From Spirochaetales bacterium (lineage in GTDB: Bacteria > Spirochaetota > Spirochaetia > CADAEX01), in contig JACKPD010000013.1 in the NCBI GenBank assembly GCA_024233785.1, forward strand, positions 665 through 64,664: a DNA stretch of 64,000 bases. Reading direction: 5' to 3'. The notes beneath the pieces are model-generated. The model made no database searches and was not told the origin of the DNA. It worked only from the letters and a program-made list of their open reading frames with translations. Below, piece by piece: positions 51,038 to 61,456 of this stretch (the first letter of the stretch is position 1; each line of letters begins with the position of its first letter). A program made the translations under genes and the position numbers.

Positions 51038-52258
51038 ATGAGCAGCATTAAAAACATCTTTGGTAAACTTAACCTGCTCTCTTTCAGTATTGCCGGTTTT
51101 GTAATGGCTGCGAGAACAAGCGCTTTTTCATCAATCCAGGAAGAGTTTTCCTTAAATTATACAAGTATTTCATTCCTTGTTCTTGTCTCAGGGGTCATAA
51201 TGCAGGTTTCCACGTTTCTGACAGGTTATAGTTTAAGGAGATTCGGCTACAGGCTTAATATAGCATTCTCGCTCCTGATATTCGGTTCCTCCTTTCTCCT
51301 GATTTTTTTATCTTCCGGCTATCCGATGGTATTTGCCTCATTCTGCATTATGCTTTTCGGGTTCGGAGCTGTAGTTCTTTCGCTTAACATGCATACAGGT
51401 GTACTTGCGGGAAAAAACAACGGGCCGGCGTTAATGAAACTTCATCTGGGGTTTTCAATAGGAGCCCTTTTGGGGCCCAAGGCAATAAGCTTTTTTATAA
51501 TTAACGGGATGGACTGGCGGTTTGTATATATCCCTGCCGCATGTCTTGTTTTTGCATTATCTGTTATTTATTTTATTCTTCCTGAAAAAAAGATAGAACA
51601 GGAAGATGAAAAGGATTTACCTGGATCAGGTCCTCAGGAGAAGATTAAAGATACTTCAGCCGGTTTCAGTACAATTGATGGGAAAACCCTGAAAAAGGCC
51701 GTTTTCCTGTTTGTAGTTATCTTTATCGCGGGGCAGCTCTGGGAATACGGTTTCGGGACATGGTTTGTAATATTCTGCAGGCAGCACTTCAGCCTTACCG
51801 AGATCACCTCCTCCACATATCTTACAATATTCTGGGTCTGCTTTCCCGTAAGCAGAATTGCCGCAGGGTATATAGTTAAAAAAACAGGAGCTGTTTCACT
51901 TCTTGTGATTTCATTTCTCTCAATATTTTTATTTGTTCTCGCCGGATTTGGTTTTTCTGCTCCGCTGTTGTTCAGCCTGACAGGGTTGTTTACAGCCCTT
52001 ATTTACCCTCTTACCATGACGCTGATGCAGCAGACTCTGGGGAGGGAGAGATCCGACCTTATCGGAATAATCAGCATGGCCGGCGGTTTTATCAACTATC
52101 TCCTTATCGCGTCAGCCGGCAGCATTGCAGATATATATGGTATTGCCGCGGGGTTCGGAAGCACAGCTCTCTACCTGCTTGCCGGGGCTGCCGCCTCGGT
52201 TTTTCTGGGCCTGCTGATCTCAGGGAAAAAACAGGGCACAGCTTATGAAGTTAAATGA
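51038..52258 (+). CDS. MFS transporter
   Basis: 406 aa with about 12 TM helices and a central hydrophilic loop. Confidence 0.85.
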   Translation: MSSIKNIFGKLNLLSFSIAGFVMAARTSAFSSIQEEFSLNYTSISFLVLVSGVIMQVSTFLTGYSLRRFGYRLNIAFSLLIFGSSFLLIFLSSGYPMVFASFCIMLFGFGAVVLSLNMHTGVLAGKNNGPALMKLHLGFSIGALLGPKAISFFIINGMDWRFVYIPAACLVFALSVIYFILPEKKIEQEDEKDLPGSGPQEKIKDTSAGFSTIDGKTLKKAVFLFVVIFIAGQLWEYGFGTWFVIFCRQHFSLTEITSSTYLTIFWVCFPVSRIAAGYIVKKTGAVSLLVISFLSIFLFVLAGFGFSAPLLFSLTGLFTALIYPLTMTLMQQTLGRERSDLIGIISMAGGFINYLLIASAGSIADIYGIAAGFGSTALYLLAGAAASVFLGLLISGKKQGTAYEVK

Positions 52259-53204
52259 TGTTATTCAGGAAAGCCGCCGCTTCGCGGTAATTCATTCCTT
52301 TGGTAAATTCAAAGATTGTGTTCTCAAGGTTCCCTTCCGCAAGAGAGGCTTTCACTATCGGGTTTTTTATATAATAGAGTATGTCCTTTATGCTGATCCC
52401 GTTTTCAGCTGCATAGGCGATAAATGAAATTTCCAGCGGGTCTTTTTTCCCGGCATTATAGAGATATTCAATACCGTCCTGCACCTGCTCAAACGGGCTT
52501 TTAGTATAGTGAAAAACCCTTGCAACAGGTTTTTTTTCAGCTATTATGCCGTTCTCCTTAAGTGTTTTTTCCATGTCAGATATCATTTCTGTAATTTTTT
52601 CCCATGGAAAATAAATCCTGAAAAGCATAACCGCTATGTCTGTAAGGTAATTGTTTTTATGAAGGAGGGCGGGGATATCATAATTTATAATATAATACCC
52701 TTTGTACTTTTTGATTGAATTACCGTAAATTGTTATAAAATCTTCCGGGTCAACCCAGATGTTAAAAAGCCCTTCTTCACCAAGGCCGAATTTCTTCATC
52801 GCGTCATAGGGGTTTATTATTTTTGCTTTTTTAAAACTGCAGCTGTAGTGATCTTCAAACATCCTGATCATGCTTTCAGTGAAATATTTCTTCCCTTTTT
52901 CCGCTGCCTTTATTTTATTTGCGTAATGGTGCTCAATAATATGTTTTGAGTTTATGTAATCACCGGGGTAATTTGCGAGGTATACAAGCCTGACATTTTC
53001 CGCATATTCCCTGTTTCCCTTTATTACCTTTAAAAGCGCGCTTTCAACCTCAACCCCGTTTGTCTCGGGCCGCAGATAAATAAAAATATCATTGGTTTCC
53101 CCTGTCGGATCAGGCCCCGGGTAAGGGAGCAGTACCGACGGGTTATGCACAATTCTTTTTTTACGCGGCTTTTTTATCAAAACTTTTTCCCGTACTGTTT
53201 CCAT
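52251..53204 (-). CDS. Hypothetical protein (weak nucleoside-diphosphate-kinase-like pattern)
   Basis: 317-aa ORF overlapping the upstream synthetase gene. IFIYLRPETNG...ARVFHYTKSPFEQVQDGIEYL loosely parallels NDK F.IKPD...HGSDS.E.A..EI. Unconfirmed. Confidence 0.55.
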   Translation of the reverse strand: METVREKVLIKKPRKKRIVHNPSVLLPYPGPDPTGETNDIFIYLRPETNGVEVESALLKVIKGNREYAENVRLVYLANYPGDYINSKHIIEHHYANKIKAAEKGKKYFTESMIRMFEDHYSCSFKKAKIINPYDAMKKFGLGEEGLFNIWVDPEDFITIYGNSIKKYKGYYIINYDIPALLHKNNYLTDIAVMLFRIYFPWEKITEMISDMEKTLKENGIIAEKKPVARVFHYTKSPFEQVQDGIEYLYNAGKKDPLEISFIAYAAENGISIKDILYYIKNPIVKASLAEGNLENTIFEFTKGMNYREAAAFLNNII

Positions 53205-55249
53205 ATCTTGAAAGCTATATTCATAGGTTCAATCATAGGTACTGTATATGTGTGAAAGTCCTTTTTATAAAGATAATCCCTGATGCCGAATACATATTGT
53301 GAAAACCCTCTGGGAGAAACTATCATCGGTTTTGTCATTGAATGCTTAAGGTCAACAAGCCTGTCGGCAAGGTATTCGGAAAGGTATGGGACCTGAAGAT
53401 ATACAGCCGTTATTATTCCGTCTACATTCGGGTCCCTGTCTATGATTTTTATTGCCTCAAGAAGCCTGTCGTCGTCGCAGTCTCCGAGCAGATCTATCGG
53501 GTTTGCGCCGAATATATGCTTTGCCTTTATCAGGTCACGGAGGGCTGCCCTTGTCTCGTCGCTGAAAACAGCAAGTTTCATTCCGTAGGCGGTAATCTGG
53601 TCAGCTATAAGTATTCCGGCCCCTCCGCCGACGCTTACAACCGCAATTCTGTCGTTGTGCGCCATGGGATTTGTTGTAAGAAGCGACAGTATGTTTACCA
53701 GGATCTTGGGATCTTCGGTGAGGTCCTCGATCATGTAGAAACCGGCCTGTCTGCAGCATGCCCTGAATGCCTCCACGTTTCCGGCAAGGGATGCTGTATG
53801 GGAAAGGGTCGCCTCAGCGCCCCCGCCGACGCCCCCCTTGATTACAAGAACAGGTTTTTTCCTTGTGACCTTTTTTCCAATCTCAAGGAAATGCTTGCCG
53901 TTCTTTATCCCCTCAAGGTATATCGCGATTACAGAAATATTGGGATCATCTCCCATGCTGTCGAGAATTTCAGGGAGGCCGACGCCGCTCGCGTTTCCAA
54001 TTGAGACAAGCTTGCCGAGTTTCATATTATCAGCTTTCATCATTTCTATGATTTCAAGGCCCAGACCTCCGCTTTGCGAGATAATCCCTATGCCGTTAGG
54101 CTCCTCAATTATACTGGTCCTGTGCTCGGGGATAAAGAAAGTGTTCATTCCAGAGAAGTTGTTTATAGCGCCAAGACAGTTGGGCCCTACATAAGCCACC
54201 CCGTACCGGCGGCTTGTTTCAACAAGCTTGTCCTCAAGGTCTTTTCTTCCTACTTCCGCGAATCCGTCGCTGAGGATTATCGCCCCCTTTCCCCCTTTTT
54301 TGCAGAACTCCTCAAATTCCCTTACAGTCCCTTCCGCGTTGATTATAAACACCCCTACGTCCGGCGCTTCGGGAAGGTCCCCGACGCTCTTGTAGCATTT
54401 AAGCCCCATGATATAATCCCGTTTAGGGTTAATTGGATAAAGCCTTTTTATCCTCAAGCAGTTTTTAAGAATAATACCGCCCATTGTCCCGGGGCGGGAA
54501 GCTCCTAAAACCGCCATTGACTCCGGGTTAAGCAGAGAGTTAAGGCTTCGCCTGATCTTGTCCGGAATTTCCGGTTCCACTTCAATAAAGACAGGATCTC
54601 CTTTTATAACCCTCGCGTCGACAAGCGAATACCCGTCTTCATAAAGGACTACCGGGTTAAGGTCTATTTCAAGTATGTCCCTGTTTTCAGCCATGAGGGC
54701 TGATATATTAACGGCAATGGAAACTATTGCCTTTTTATCAAGAGGCTTTCCCCTGAATCCGTCAATTATCTGTCCGGCCCGGGTAAGAGAGAGCATCTCT
54801 TCAACATCTTTTTCAGACAGAAGTCCTATACCGGGGGCTGTGTCTTTTAAAAGCTCTACATATTTTCCTCCGCTGCCCGCGATTATCAGCGGCCCGAAAA
54901 CAGGGTCCTGGTGCGCGCCGACAAGCACCTCAAAACCGCCGGGAGCCATTTTCTGCAGGAGCAGCTCCTCCTGTTTCCTGTAGCCTGCATTTGCTATGTT
55001 TCTGTTTATATCCGAGAGAGCTTTTTCAAGTTCATCCCTGTTTCTGATTCCGAGAATAACTGCTCCGATATCCGACTTATGTACGATTTCTTCAGAATTG
55101 GTTTTAAGTACAACAGGATACCCGAGCTTTTCAGCCGCCGTATCAAGAGAGGTTATATCTGCTTTACAGACTTCCCCCGAAACAGTGATGCTGTATTTTT
55201 CAAGTAACTTTTTTGCTTCTGAAAAGCTGATTTGTTTTCTCTCGGACAT
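53177..55249 (-). CDS. ADP-forming acyl-CoA synthetase (acetate--CoA ligase family), ATP-grasp domain N-terminal
   Basis: 690 aa. The ATP-grasp-like region comes first (KLLEKYSITVSGE...VVLKTNSEEIVHKSDIGAV), followed by CoA-binding (SMAVLGASRPG) and succinyl-CoA-ligase-like flavodoxin domains. Confidence 0.85.
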   Translation of the reverse strand: MSERKQISFSEAKKLLEKYSITVSGEVCKADITSLDTAAEKLGYPVVLKTNSEEIVHKSDIGAVILGIRNRDELEKALSDINRNIANAGYRKQEELLLQKMAPGGFEVLVGAHQDPVFGPLIIAGSGGKYVELLKDTAPGIGLLSEKDVEEMLSLTRAGQIIDGFRGKPLDKKAIVSIAVNISALMAENRDILEIDLNPVVLYEDGYSLVDARVIKGDPVFIEVEPEIPDKIRRSLNSLLNPESMAVLGASRPGTMGGIILKNCLRIKRLYPINPKRDYIMGLKCYKSVGDLPEAPDVGVFIINAEGTVREFEEFCKKGGKGAIILSDGFAEVGRKDLEDKLVETSRRYGVAYVGPNCLGAINNFSGMNTFFIPEHRTSIIEEPNGIGIISQSGGLGLEIIEMMKADNMKLGKLVSIGNASGVGLPEILDSMGDDPNISVIAIYLEGIKNGKHFLEIGKKVTRKKPVLVIKGGVGGGAEATLSHTASLAGNVEAFRACCRQAGFYMIEDLTEDPKILVNILSLLTTNPMAHNDRIAVVSVGGGAGILIADQITAYGMKLAVFSDETRAALRDLIKAKHIFGANPIDLLGDCDDDRLLEAIKIIDRDPNVDGIITAVYLQVPYLSEYLADRLVDLKHSMTKPMIVSPRGFSQYVFGIRDYLYKKDFHTYTVPMIEPMNIAFKIWKQYGKKF

Positions 55250-55361
55250 TTTCTGGCTCCTTGCATACGGTGGAATATAATATTGCGATCTATGGTTATT
55301 ATGCCCTTTTAGCTGAATAATTTCAAATATAATTTTTAAGGATAATGGACTCTTAAAAGAC

Positions 55362-55390
55362 TTGAAATAATTGTAAACGTTTACTATTAT
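55362..55390 (+). promoter_or_regulatory. Candidate promoter of the LacI-family gene
   Basis: TTGAAA (55362-55367), a 17-nt spacer, then TATTAT (55385-55390). The spacer contains operator 1. Confidence 0.45.
55372..55385. promoter_or_regulatory. LacI-family operator 1 (cre-like palindrome)
   Basis: TGTAAACGTTTACT is a near-perfect dyad around CG. Confidence 0.6.
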
Positions 55391-55394
55391 TTGT

Positions 55395-55409
55395 TGGTAA
55401 ACGTTTGCA
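55395..55409. promoter_or_regulatory. LacI-family operator 2
   Basis: TGGTAAACGTTTGCA shares the AAACGTTT core. Its centre is 24 bp from operator 1. Confidence 0.5.
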
Positions 55410-55447
55410 AAAAGGAAGAGAGCTTTGTAACAGGCTCAAACCGGAAA

Positions 55448-56449
55448 ATGACCGTAACCATAAAAGATATTGCAGAAAAGGCAGGCGTCTCATACGCCAC
55501 AGTCTCAAGAGCGTTAAATTATAAATACGGTGTAAACCCTTCTACACGCCGGCAGATCCTTGAAATAGCGTCCAGTATGAATTACAGCCCCAATGCAATA
55601 GCGCGCGGTCTTGTCAAAAAGCAGACACATACAATCGGCCTTATTATTCCTGATATAACAAACCCTTTTTTCCCGGAAGTTGCCCGCGGTGTTGAAGATA
55701 TGTCTGAAAAAATGGGATACAGCATTTTTCTGTGCAATTCAAACTGGGATAAAACCAAGGAAAACCGTTACGTAAAACTACTGATTGAAAAAAGGGTTGA
55801 CGGACTGATTCTTGCCCCGTCCGCAAGTGTTATAACTGAGGAGGACAGGCAGATTTATTCCCGTCTTCCGGTAGTCCTTATGAGCGGCGTACAGAGCGGA
55901 TCCGGGACGTCTTCTGTTGTAGTTGACAATGTTAAAGGCGGGTATATCGCAGGAAAATATCTTATTGAAAAGGGGAGGAAAAAACTCTGCTATATAGGGG
56001 GAGCTGAAGATTCATTTTCAGTTAAGGAGAGGTTTGAAGGGTTTTTTCAGGCAGCGGAAAGCAGTATTTCAGTCAGCCTTTCGCCCGACCTGGTGAAGTT
56101 TGGTGATTACAGGCAGAAAAGCGGTTACAGGATAATGAAAGAGCTTCTTGAAAACAGGAATATCCCTGATGCTGTTTTTGCGTCAAACGACCTTCTTGCG
56201 ATCGGAGTTATTCAGGCAATAAGGGCATCGGGGCTTAAAGTTCCTGAGGATATTTCCGTGATTGGTTTTGATAATATTGCAGCGGCAGGATTCGGAGAGG
56301 TTGAGCTTACAACCATTGAGCACCCCAAGTACAGAATGGGTGAACTCGCCGCCGGAATTCTTCTTGAAAAAATTGACCTGAAGCCTGAAATGCAGGAAAA
56401 TAAAAGAGTGGTCCTTGAACCTGAACTTATTATAAGGAGGACAGCCTGA
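55448..56449 (+). CDS. LacI-family transcriptional regulator
   Basis: MTVTIKDIAEKAGVSYATVSRALN HTH followed by a periplasmic-binding-protein-like sugar-binding domain. Start at ATG 55448. Confidence 0.9.
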   Translation: MTVTIKDIAEKAGVSYATVSRALNYKYGVNPSTRRQILEIASSMNYSPNAIARGLVKKQTHTIGLIIPDITNPFFPEVARGVEDMSEKMGYSIFLCNSNWDKTKENRYVKLLIEKRVDGLILAPSASVITEEDRQIYSRLPVVLMSGVQSGSGTSSVVVDNVKGGYIAGKYLIEKGRKKLCYIGGAEDSFSVKERFEGFFQAAESSISVSLSPDLVKFGDYRQKSGYRIMKELLENRNIPDAVFASNDLLAIGVIQAIRASGLKVPEDISVIGFDNIAAAGFGEVELTTIEHPKYRMGELAAGILLEKIDLKPEMQENKRVVLEPELIIRRTA

Positions 56450-56573
56450 ATAGGGGGTATATATTGCTACATTTCCGGAATGGAAGTGTCCTAAGCGGTG
56501 CTGCCGTGAATAGAAAATATCCCTGAAGCTGATTCTCTTTTTTTAAAACTAAATTAATAAACTGGAGGAAAAG

Positions 56574-57368
56574 ATGGTTATCAGACAGAACGCGGATTTC
56601 CCTGAAGGGTATACAGCTGTAACTGAACTAGACGGAAAGTTCAGTGAAATGAAAATGGATTTTGGCATTCTTAAAATCAGGAAAGGGAAGAGCGAAACCT
56701 TTAAAGAGAAAAAGGAGAGGGCATATCTCCTTATGACAGGAAAAATTGTTTTTGAATGGGAAGGGAAAAAACAGGAGGCATCCAGAAAGGATTTTTTCAG
56801 TGAAAGTCCATATGTCCTTCATGTCCCCGAAGGTGTTGAAGTGAAAATTACCGCTCTTGAAGATAGCGAGATTGCAATCCAGAAAGTTAAAAATACAAAT
56901 ATTTTTGAGAGCCGGCTTTACACCCCTGAGGATTGCACTTCAGCGGAATTCGGTAAAGGGACTCTGGGTGAAACATCAACCAGGATTGTAAGAACAGTTT
57001 TTGACGCCTCTACCTCGCCGAAGTCCGGAATGGTAATGGGCGAGGTAATAAACTTTCCGGGGAAATGGTCAAGCTATCCGCCCCATGCCCATGCGCAGCC
57101 TGAAATTTACCACTACAGGTTTTATCCGAAGCAGGGCTTTGGTTTTTCAATGCTTGATGACGATGCGTATGTAGTTAAAAACGGATATACATGTACGCTG
57201 GACCCTGATAAGGTCCACTCCCAGGCTTCGGGCCCGGGATACGCGATGTATTATATATGGATGATTCCCCATATCCCGGAGCAGAAGTGGTCAAGGGAAA
57301 CTACATATTTTCACAAAGACCACAAATGGCTGCTTGACAGCGGCGCCAGAATATGGCCGGAGGTCTGA
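56574..57368 (+). CDS. iolB: 5-deoxy-glucuronate isomerase
   Basis: Cupin protein of 264 aa with KWSSYPPHAH, located next to iolD/E/G. Confidence 0.85.
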   Translation: MVIRQNADFPEGYTAVTELDGKFSEMKMDFGILKIRKGKSETFKEKKERAYLLMTGKIVFEWEGKKQEASRKDFFSESPYVLHVPEGVEVKITALEDSEIAIQKVKNTNIFESRLYTPEDCTSAEFGKGTLGETSTRIVRTVFDASTSPKSGMVMGEVINFPGKWSSYPPHAHAQPEIYHYRFYPKQGFGFSMLDDDAYVVKNGYTCTLDPDKVHSQASGPGYAMYYIWMIPHIPEQKWSRETTYFHKDHKWLLDSGARIWPEV

Positions 57369-57482
57369 CTATGCTGCCATGCCGCAGGTATGATCCGGCC
57401 GCAGAAAATCAATGGATGATGAAATTGCGCGTTTTTTTAATAACGCGTATAACGCTAAAACAATAATGAATGGAGGGAATAA

Positions 57483-59417
57483 ATGGAAACTATCCGCCTT
57501 ACAACAGCGCAGGCAATAGTAAAATTTCTTGATAAACAGTTTGTTGAATTAAACGGAAAGGAAGAAAAATTCGTTAAAGGCTTTTTTATAATCCCCGGGC
57601 ACGGAAATGTTCTAGGCCTTGGACAGGCGCTTGAGGAATCCCCCGGAGACCTTGTTGTGCATCAGGGGAGAAACGAGCAGGGGATGGCCCACGCCGCAAT
57701 AGGTTTTGCCAAACAGAAGCACAGAAGGCAGATTTATGCCTGCACATCCTCAATCGGCCCGGGTGCGGCCAATATGGTCACAGCGGCGGGGACAGCTTCC
57801 GCCAACAGGATACCGGTGCTTTTTTTCCCCGGTGATACCTACGCCTCGAGGCAGCCTGATCCTGTGCTTCAGCAGGTAGAGCATTTTCACGACCTTAATA
57901 TTACGACTAACGATGCTTTCAAGGGTGTCTGCAGGTTCTGGGACAGGATTAACAGGCCCGAGCAGGCAATGACGTCGCTAATCAATGCCATGAGGGTGCT
58001 TACAGACCCGGCTGACACAGGAGCTGTGGCGATAGCGCTTCCCCAGGACGTGGAGGGGGAAGCCTACGATTACCCTGTCGATTTCTTCAAAAAAAGGGTC
58101 CACAGGATTGAAAGAAAGGCACCGACCGCTGAGATGCTTAAAGACGCTGTAGCTGTTTTCAAGGGAAAAAAGAAACCGCTTCTGATCTGCGGCGGCGGAG
58201 TGCGTTATTCGGAAGCACATGATGTATTTAAAAAGTTCGCGGAAAAACACAACATTCCATTCGCGGAAACTCAGGCCGGGAAAAGCGCGGTACCCTGGGA
58301 CCACTATCTTAACCTCGGCGGAATAGGCACGACCGGCGGGCTTGCGGCAAACCTGATCGCTAAAGAGGCAGACCTTGTTATCGGTGTAGGCACCAGGATG
58401 GGTGACTTTACAACCGCGTCCAAATGGCTTTTTCAAAACAGCGGGGTAGAGTTTTTGAATATCAATATCGCATCCTTTGACGCATACAAGATGGATGCCG
58501 TGCGGATAACAGCGGACGCAAAGGCCTCACTTGCCGCTCTTTCTAAGGAACTTGTAAAGGCAGGCTATAAATCCTCATGGAAAAATGAAATCAAGGACGC
58601 GCGGGACAAATGGTTTGCTGAACTTGACAGGCTTTTCAGTGTCGAGTACAACAGGAAAGGTTTTACTCCAGAAGTAGCCGGGCACAGGGACAGTATGCTT
58701 AAGGAATTCGCTGATGATTTCGGCTGCTGCCTGACTCAGACAAGGGTACTTGGAATCCTTGATGAGATGCTTGATGACAGCGCTATTGTCGTAGGTTCCT
58801 CAGGAAGCCTTCCCGGCGATATGCAGAGGGTGTGGAAACCCAAAAAGCCCAACACTTACCACATGGAATACGGCTACTCATGCATGGGATATGAAGTGTG
58901 CGCGTCACTCGGGGTAAAACTTGCAGAACCTTCAAGGGAAGTCTACTCATTTGTCGGAGACGGGTCATACATGATGCTCCATTCAGAACTTGTAACATCA
59001 GTACAGGAAGGGAAAAAAATCAATATCCTTCTTTTTGACAATACCTCTTTCGGTTGTATAAACAACCTGCAGATGGAAAACGGACAGGGAAGCTTCATGA
59101 CAGAGTTCAGGTACAGGGATTCGAAGTCAGGCAAACTTGACGGAAAGATTGTCCCTGTTGATTTCGCGATGAACGCCGCTGCCTATGGATGCAAGACCTA
59201 CACAGTGAAAAATGAAGAAGAACTAAGGGAAGCGATAAAGGATTCAAAGAAACAGAAGGTTTCTACCCTTATCGACATCAAGGTATTCCCGAAGACCATG
59301 ACACACGGATATGAGGGATTCTGGAGAGTCGGAAGTTCTGAAGCTGCCGTGAACAAGAAGATTGTAAGAAAAAATACAGAGATGAAAAAAGAGCTTGATA
59401 AAGCCAGAAGATATTAA
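57483..59417 (+). CDS. iolD: 3D-(3,5/4)-trihydroxycyclohexane-1,2-dione acylhydrolase (TPP-dependent)
   Basis: N-terminal [17 protein letters not shown] resembles B. subtilis IolD. TPP-binding GDGSYMM...N motif. 644 aa. Confidence 0.9.
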   Translation: METIRLTTAQAIVKFLDKQFVELNGKEEKFVKGFFIIPGHGNVLGLGQALEESPGDLVVHQGRNEQGMAHAAIGFAKQKHRRQIYACTSSIGPGAANMVTAAGTASANRIPVLFFPGDTYASRQPDPVLQQVEHFHDLNITTNDAFKGVCRFWDRINRPEQAMTSLINAMRVLTDPADTGAVAIALPQDVEGEAYDYPVDFFKKRVHRIERKAPTAEMLKDAVAVFKGKKKPLLICGGGVRYSEAHDVFKKFAEKHNIPFAETQAGKSAVPWDHYLNLGGIGTTGGLAANLIAKEADLVIGVGTRMGDFTTASKWLFQNSGVEFLNINIASFDAYKMDAVRITADAKASLAALSKELVKAGYKSSWKNEIKDARDKWFAELDRLFSVEYNRKGFTPEVAGHRDSMLKEFADDFGCCLTQTRVLGILDEMLDDSAIVVGSSGSLPGDMQRVWKPKKPNTYHMEYGYSCMGYEVCASLGVKLAEPSREVYSFVGDGSYMMLHSELVTSVQEGKKINILLFDNTSFGCINNLQMENGQGSFMTEFRYRDSKSGKLDGKIVPVDFAMNAAAYGCKTYTVKNEEELREAIKDSKKQKVSTLIDIKVFPKTMTHGYEGFWRVGSSEAAVNKKIVRKNTEMKKELDKARRY

Positions 59418-59433
59418 ATATAAGGAAAAAAAT

Positions 59434-60327
59434 ATGGATAAAAAGAAAGTCAAACTTGCCATGGCCCCGATCGGCTGGACAAACGACGACATGCCTGACC
59501 TTGGAAGTGAAAACACATTCGAGCAGTGCGTAAGTGAAATGGCGCTTTCAGGATTTACAGGAAGCGAAGTGGGAAATAAATATCCCAAAAACCCGAAAGT
59601 ACTGAAACAGTATCTTGATCCGAGGGGAATCCAGATCTGCAACCAGTGGTTCAGTTCATTTCTTACAACTGAAAGCCTTCCTGTTGTTAAGAAAGCGTTC
59701 AACGCTCAGCTTAAATTCCTTGAAGCGATGGGAGCTTCGGTAATAGGCCCTGCTGAACAGGGGAAAAGCATTCAGGGCAAACTTGATGTTCCTATTTTCG
59801 CGGGCAAACCTGTTTTCACTGATGATGAGTGGAAAAAACTCACAAACGGACTTAACGAACTGGGTAAAATCGCGAAGGAAAAGGGTTTCAAGCTCTGCTA
59901 TCACCATCACATGGGAACCGGTGTTCAGACCCTCGCAGAGACAGACAGGCTGATGGAAAATACAGACCCCGCTTATGTCTACCTTCTTTTTGATTCAGGG
60001 CATTTTACATTTTCAGGAGAGGACCCGGTAGCGGCACTTAAAAAACATATCAAACGTGTAGGCCATGTCCATCTTAAGGATGTAAGGCCCAATGTTCTTA
60101 AAGCTGTAAAATCCAAAAAAATGAGTTTTCTTGACGCGGTCAGGGCCGGAGCTTTTACCGTTCCAGGCGACGGCTGCATTGATTTTCCTTCAATTTTCAA
60201 AGTACTTGAAGAGGGTAAATACAAGGGCTGGATGGTAGTTGAAGCTGAACAGGACCCTGCAAAGGCAAACCCGTTTGAATATGCTCTAAAAGCAAGGAAA
60301 TACATAAAGGAAAATGCGGGTATATAA
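59434..60327 (+). CDS. iolE: Inosose dehydratase (xylose-isomerase-like TIM barrel)
   Basis: [19 protein letters not shown]-terminus is typical of IolE. Start at ATG 59434 after AAGGA. Confidence 0.85.
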   Translation: MDKKKVKLAMAPIGWTNDDMPDLGSENTFEQCVSEMALSGFTGSEVGNKYPKNPKVLKQYLDPRGIQICNQWFSSFLTTESLPVVKKAFNAQLKFLEAMGASVIGPAEQGKSIQGKLDVPIFAGKPVFTDDEWKKLTNGLNELGKIAKEKGFKLCYHHHMGTGVQTLAETDRLMENTDPAYVYLLFDSGHFTFSGEDPVAALKKHIKRVGHVHLKDVRPNVLKAVKSKKMSFLDAVRAGAFTVPGDGCIDFPSIFKVLEEGKYKGWMVVEAEQDPAKANPFEYALKARKYIKENAGI

Positions 60328-60414
60328 TTATCAGGCTGTTTAAAGCCGGATGAAAACGCTGCCCCGGTACAGGGGCGGCATCCTGCCTGAGCGGGATAAT
60401 AAAAAGGAGAATAT

Positions 60415-61437
60415 ATGGCAGATAAAATAAGAGTCGGAATAATCGGAGCGGGAAGGATTGGAAAAGTTCATGCTGAAAGCATTGCGTATCACATCCCTGA
60501 AGCGGAAGTTGTTACAGTTTCTGATCCGTTTGTAAACGCGGATATCGAGAAATTCATGAAGAATCTCGGTGTTAAAAAAGTGACAAAAGACTATAAAGAG
60601 ATAATAAATGACAAGGATATTGATGTTGTCCTTATCTGCTCGCCTACAAACACGCATTCCCAGTACAGCATTGAAGCGGCCAACGCAGGAAAGCACATCT
60701 TCTGTGAAAAACCGATAGATATGGATATTGATAAAATAAAGGAAACAATAAAAGCCGTAGAAAAAGCCGGGGTAAAATTCCAGGTCGGTTTTAACAGAAG
60801 GTTTGACCATAATTTCCTGAAAGTAAAAGGCCTTGTGAAGGAAGGCAAAGTCGGTGATATCCATGTTGTAAGAATTACATCAAGGGACCCGGCAGCGCCT
60901 CCGGCCGAGTATGTTAAAGGCTCCGGCGGTATGTTTATGGATATGACCATTCATGATTTTGATATGGCAAGATATCTTTCCGGCAGTGAAGTAGAGGAAG
61001 TTTTCGCATACGGTACTGTTCTGGTCGATCCCGCGATTGGCGCGGCAGGCGATATTGATACAGCTGTTGTAACCCTTAAATTCGCAAACGGGGCGCTGGG
61101 AATAATTGAAAACTCAAGGCAGGCCGTATACGGCTATGACCAGCGGGTTGAGGTTTTCGGAAACAAGGGAGCTGTAGAGGTGTCCAATGATAGACAGTCC
61201 TCCGCTGTTTTAAGCACAAAGGAAGGGGTAGCAAGTGAAAAGCCGCTTTATTTCTTTCTCGAAAGATATATGGAATCATTTACTGAGGAAAAGAAGCAGT
61301 TTTTTGCGGCGATAAAAAACAATACTGCCCCTCCTGTAGGAGCGTTAGACGGTCTTAAACCCGTGCTGATAGCCAAAGCGGCGCTTAAATCTGTCAAGGA
61401 AGGAAGGCCTGTCAAAATATCAGAAATAGACAAATAA
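60415..61437 (+). CDS. iolG: Inositol 2-dehydrogenase (Gfo/Idh/MocA family)
   Basis: IRVGIIGAGRIGKVHA Rossmann motif, EKP motif (FCEKPI), 340 aa, in iol context. Confidence 0.8.
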   Translation: MADKIRVGIIGAGRIGKVHAESIAYHIPEAEVVTVSDPFVNADIEKFMKNLGVKKVTKDYKEIINDKDIDVVLICSPTNTHSQYSIEAANAGKHIFCEKPIDMDIDKIKETIKAVEKAGVKFQVGFNRRFDHNFLKVKGLVKEGKVGDIHVVRITSRDPAAPPAEYVKGSGGMFMDMTIHDFDMARYLSGSEVEEVFAYGTVLVDPAIGAAGDIDTAVVTLKFANGALGIIENSRQAVYGYDQRVEVFGNKGAVEVSNDRQSSAVLSTKEGVASEKPLYFFLERYMESFTEEKKQFFAAIKNNTAPPVGALDGLKPVLIAKAALKSVKEGRPVKISEIDK

Positions 61438-61456
61438 AAATACAGGGAGAAGAATA

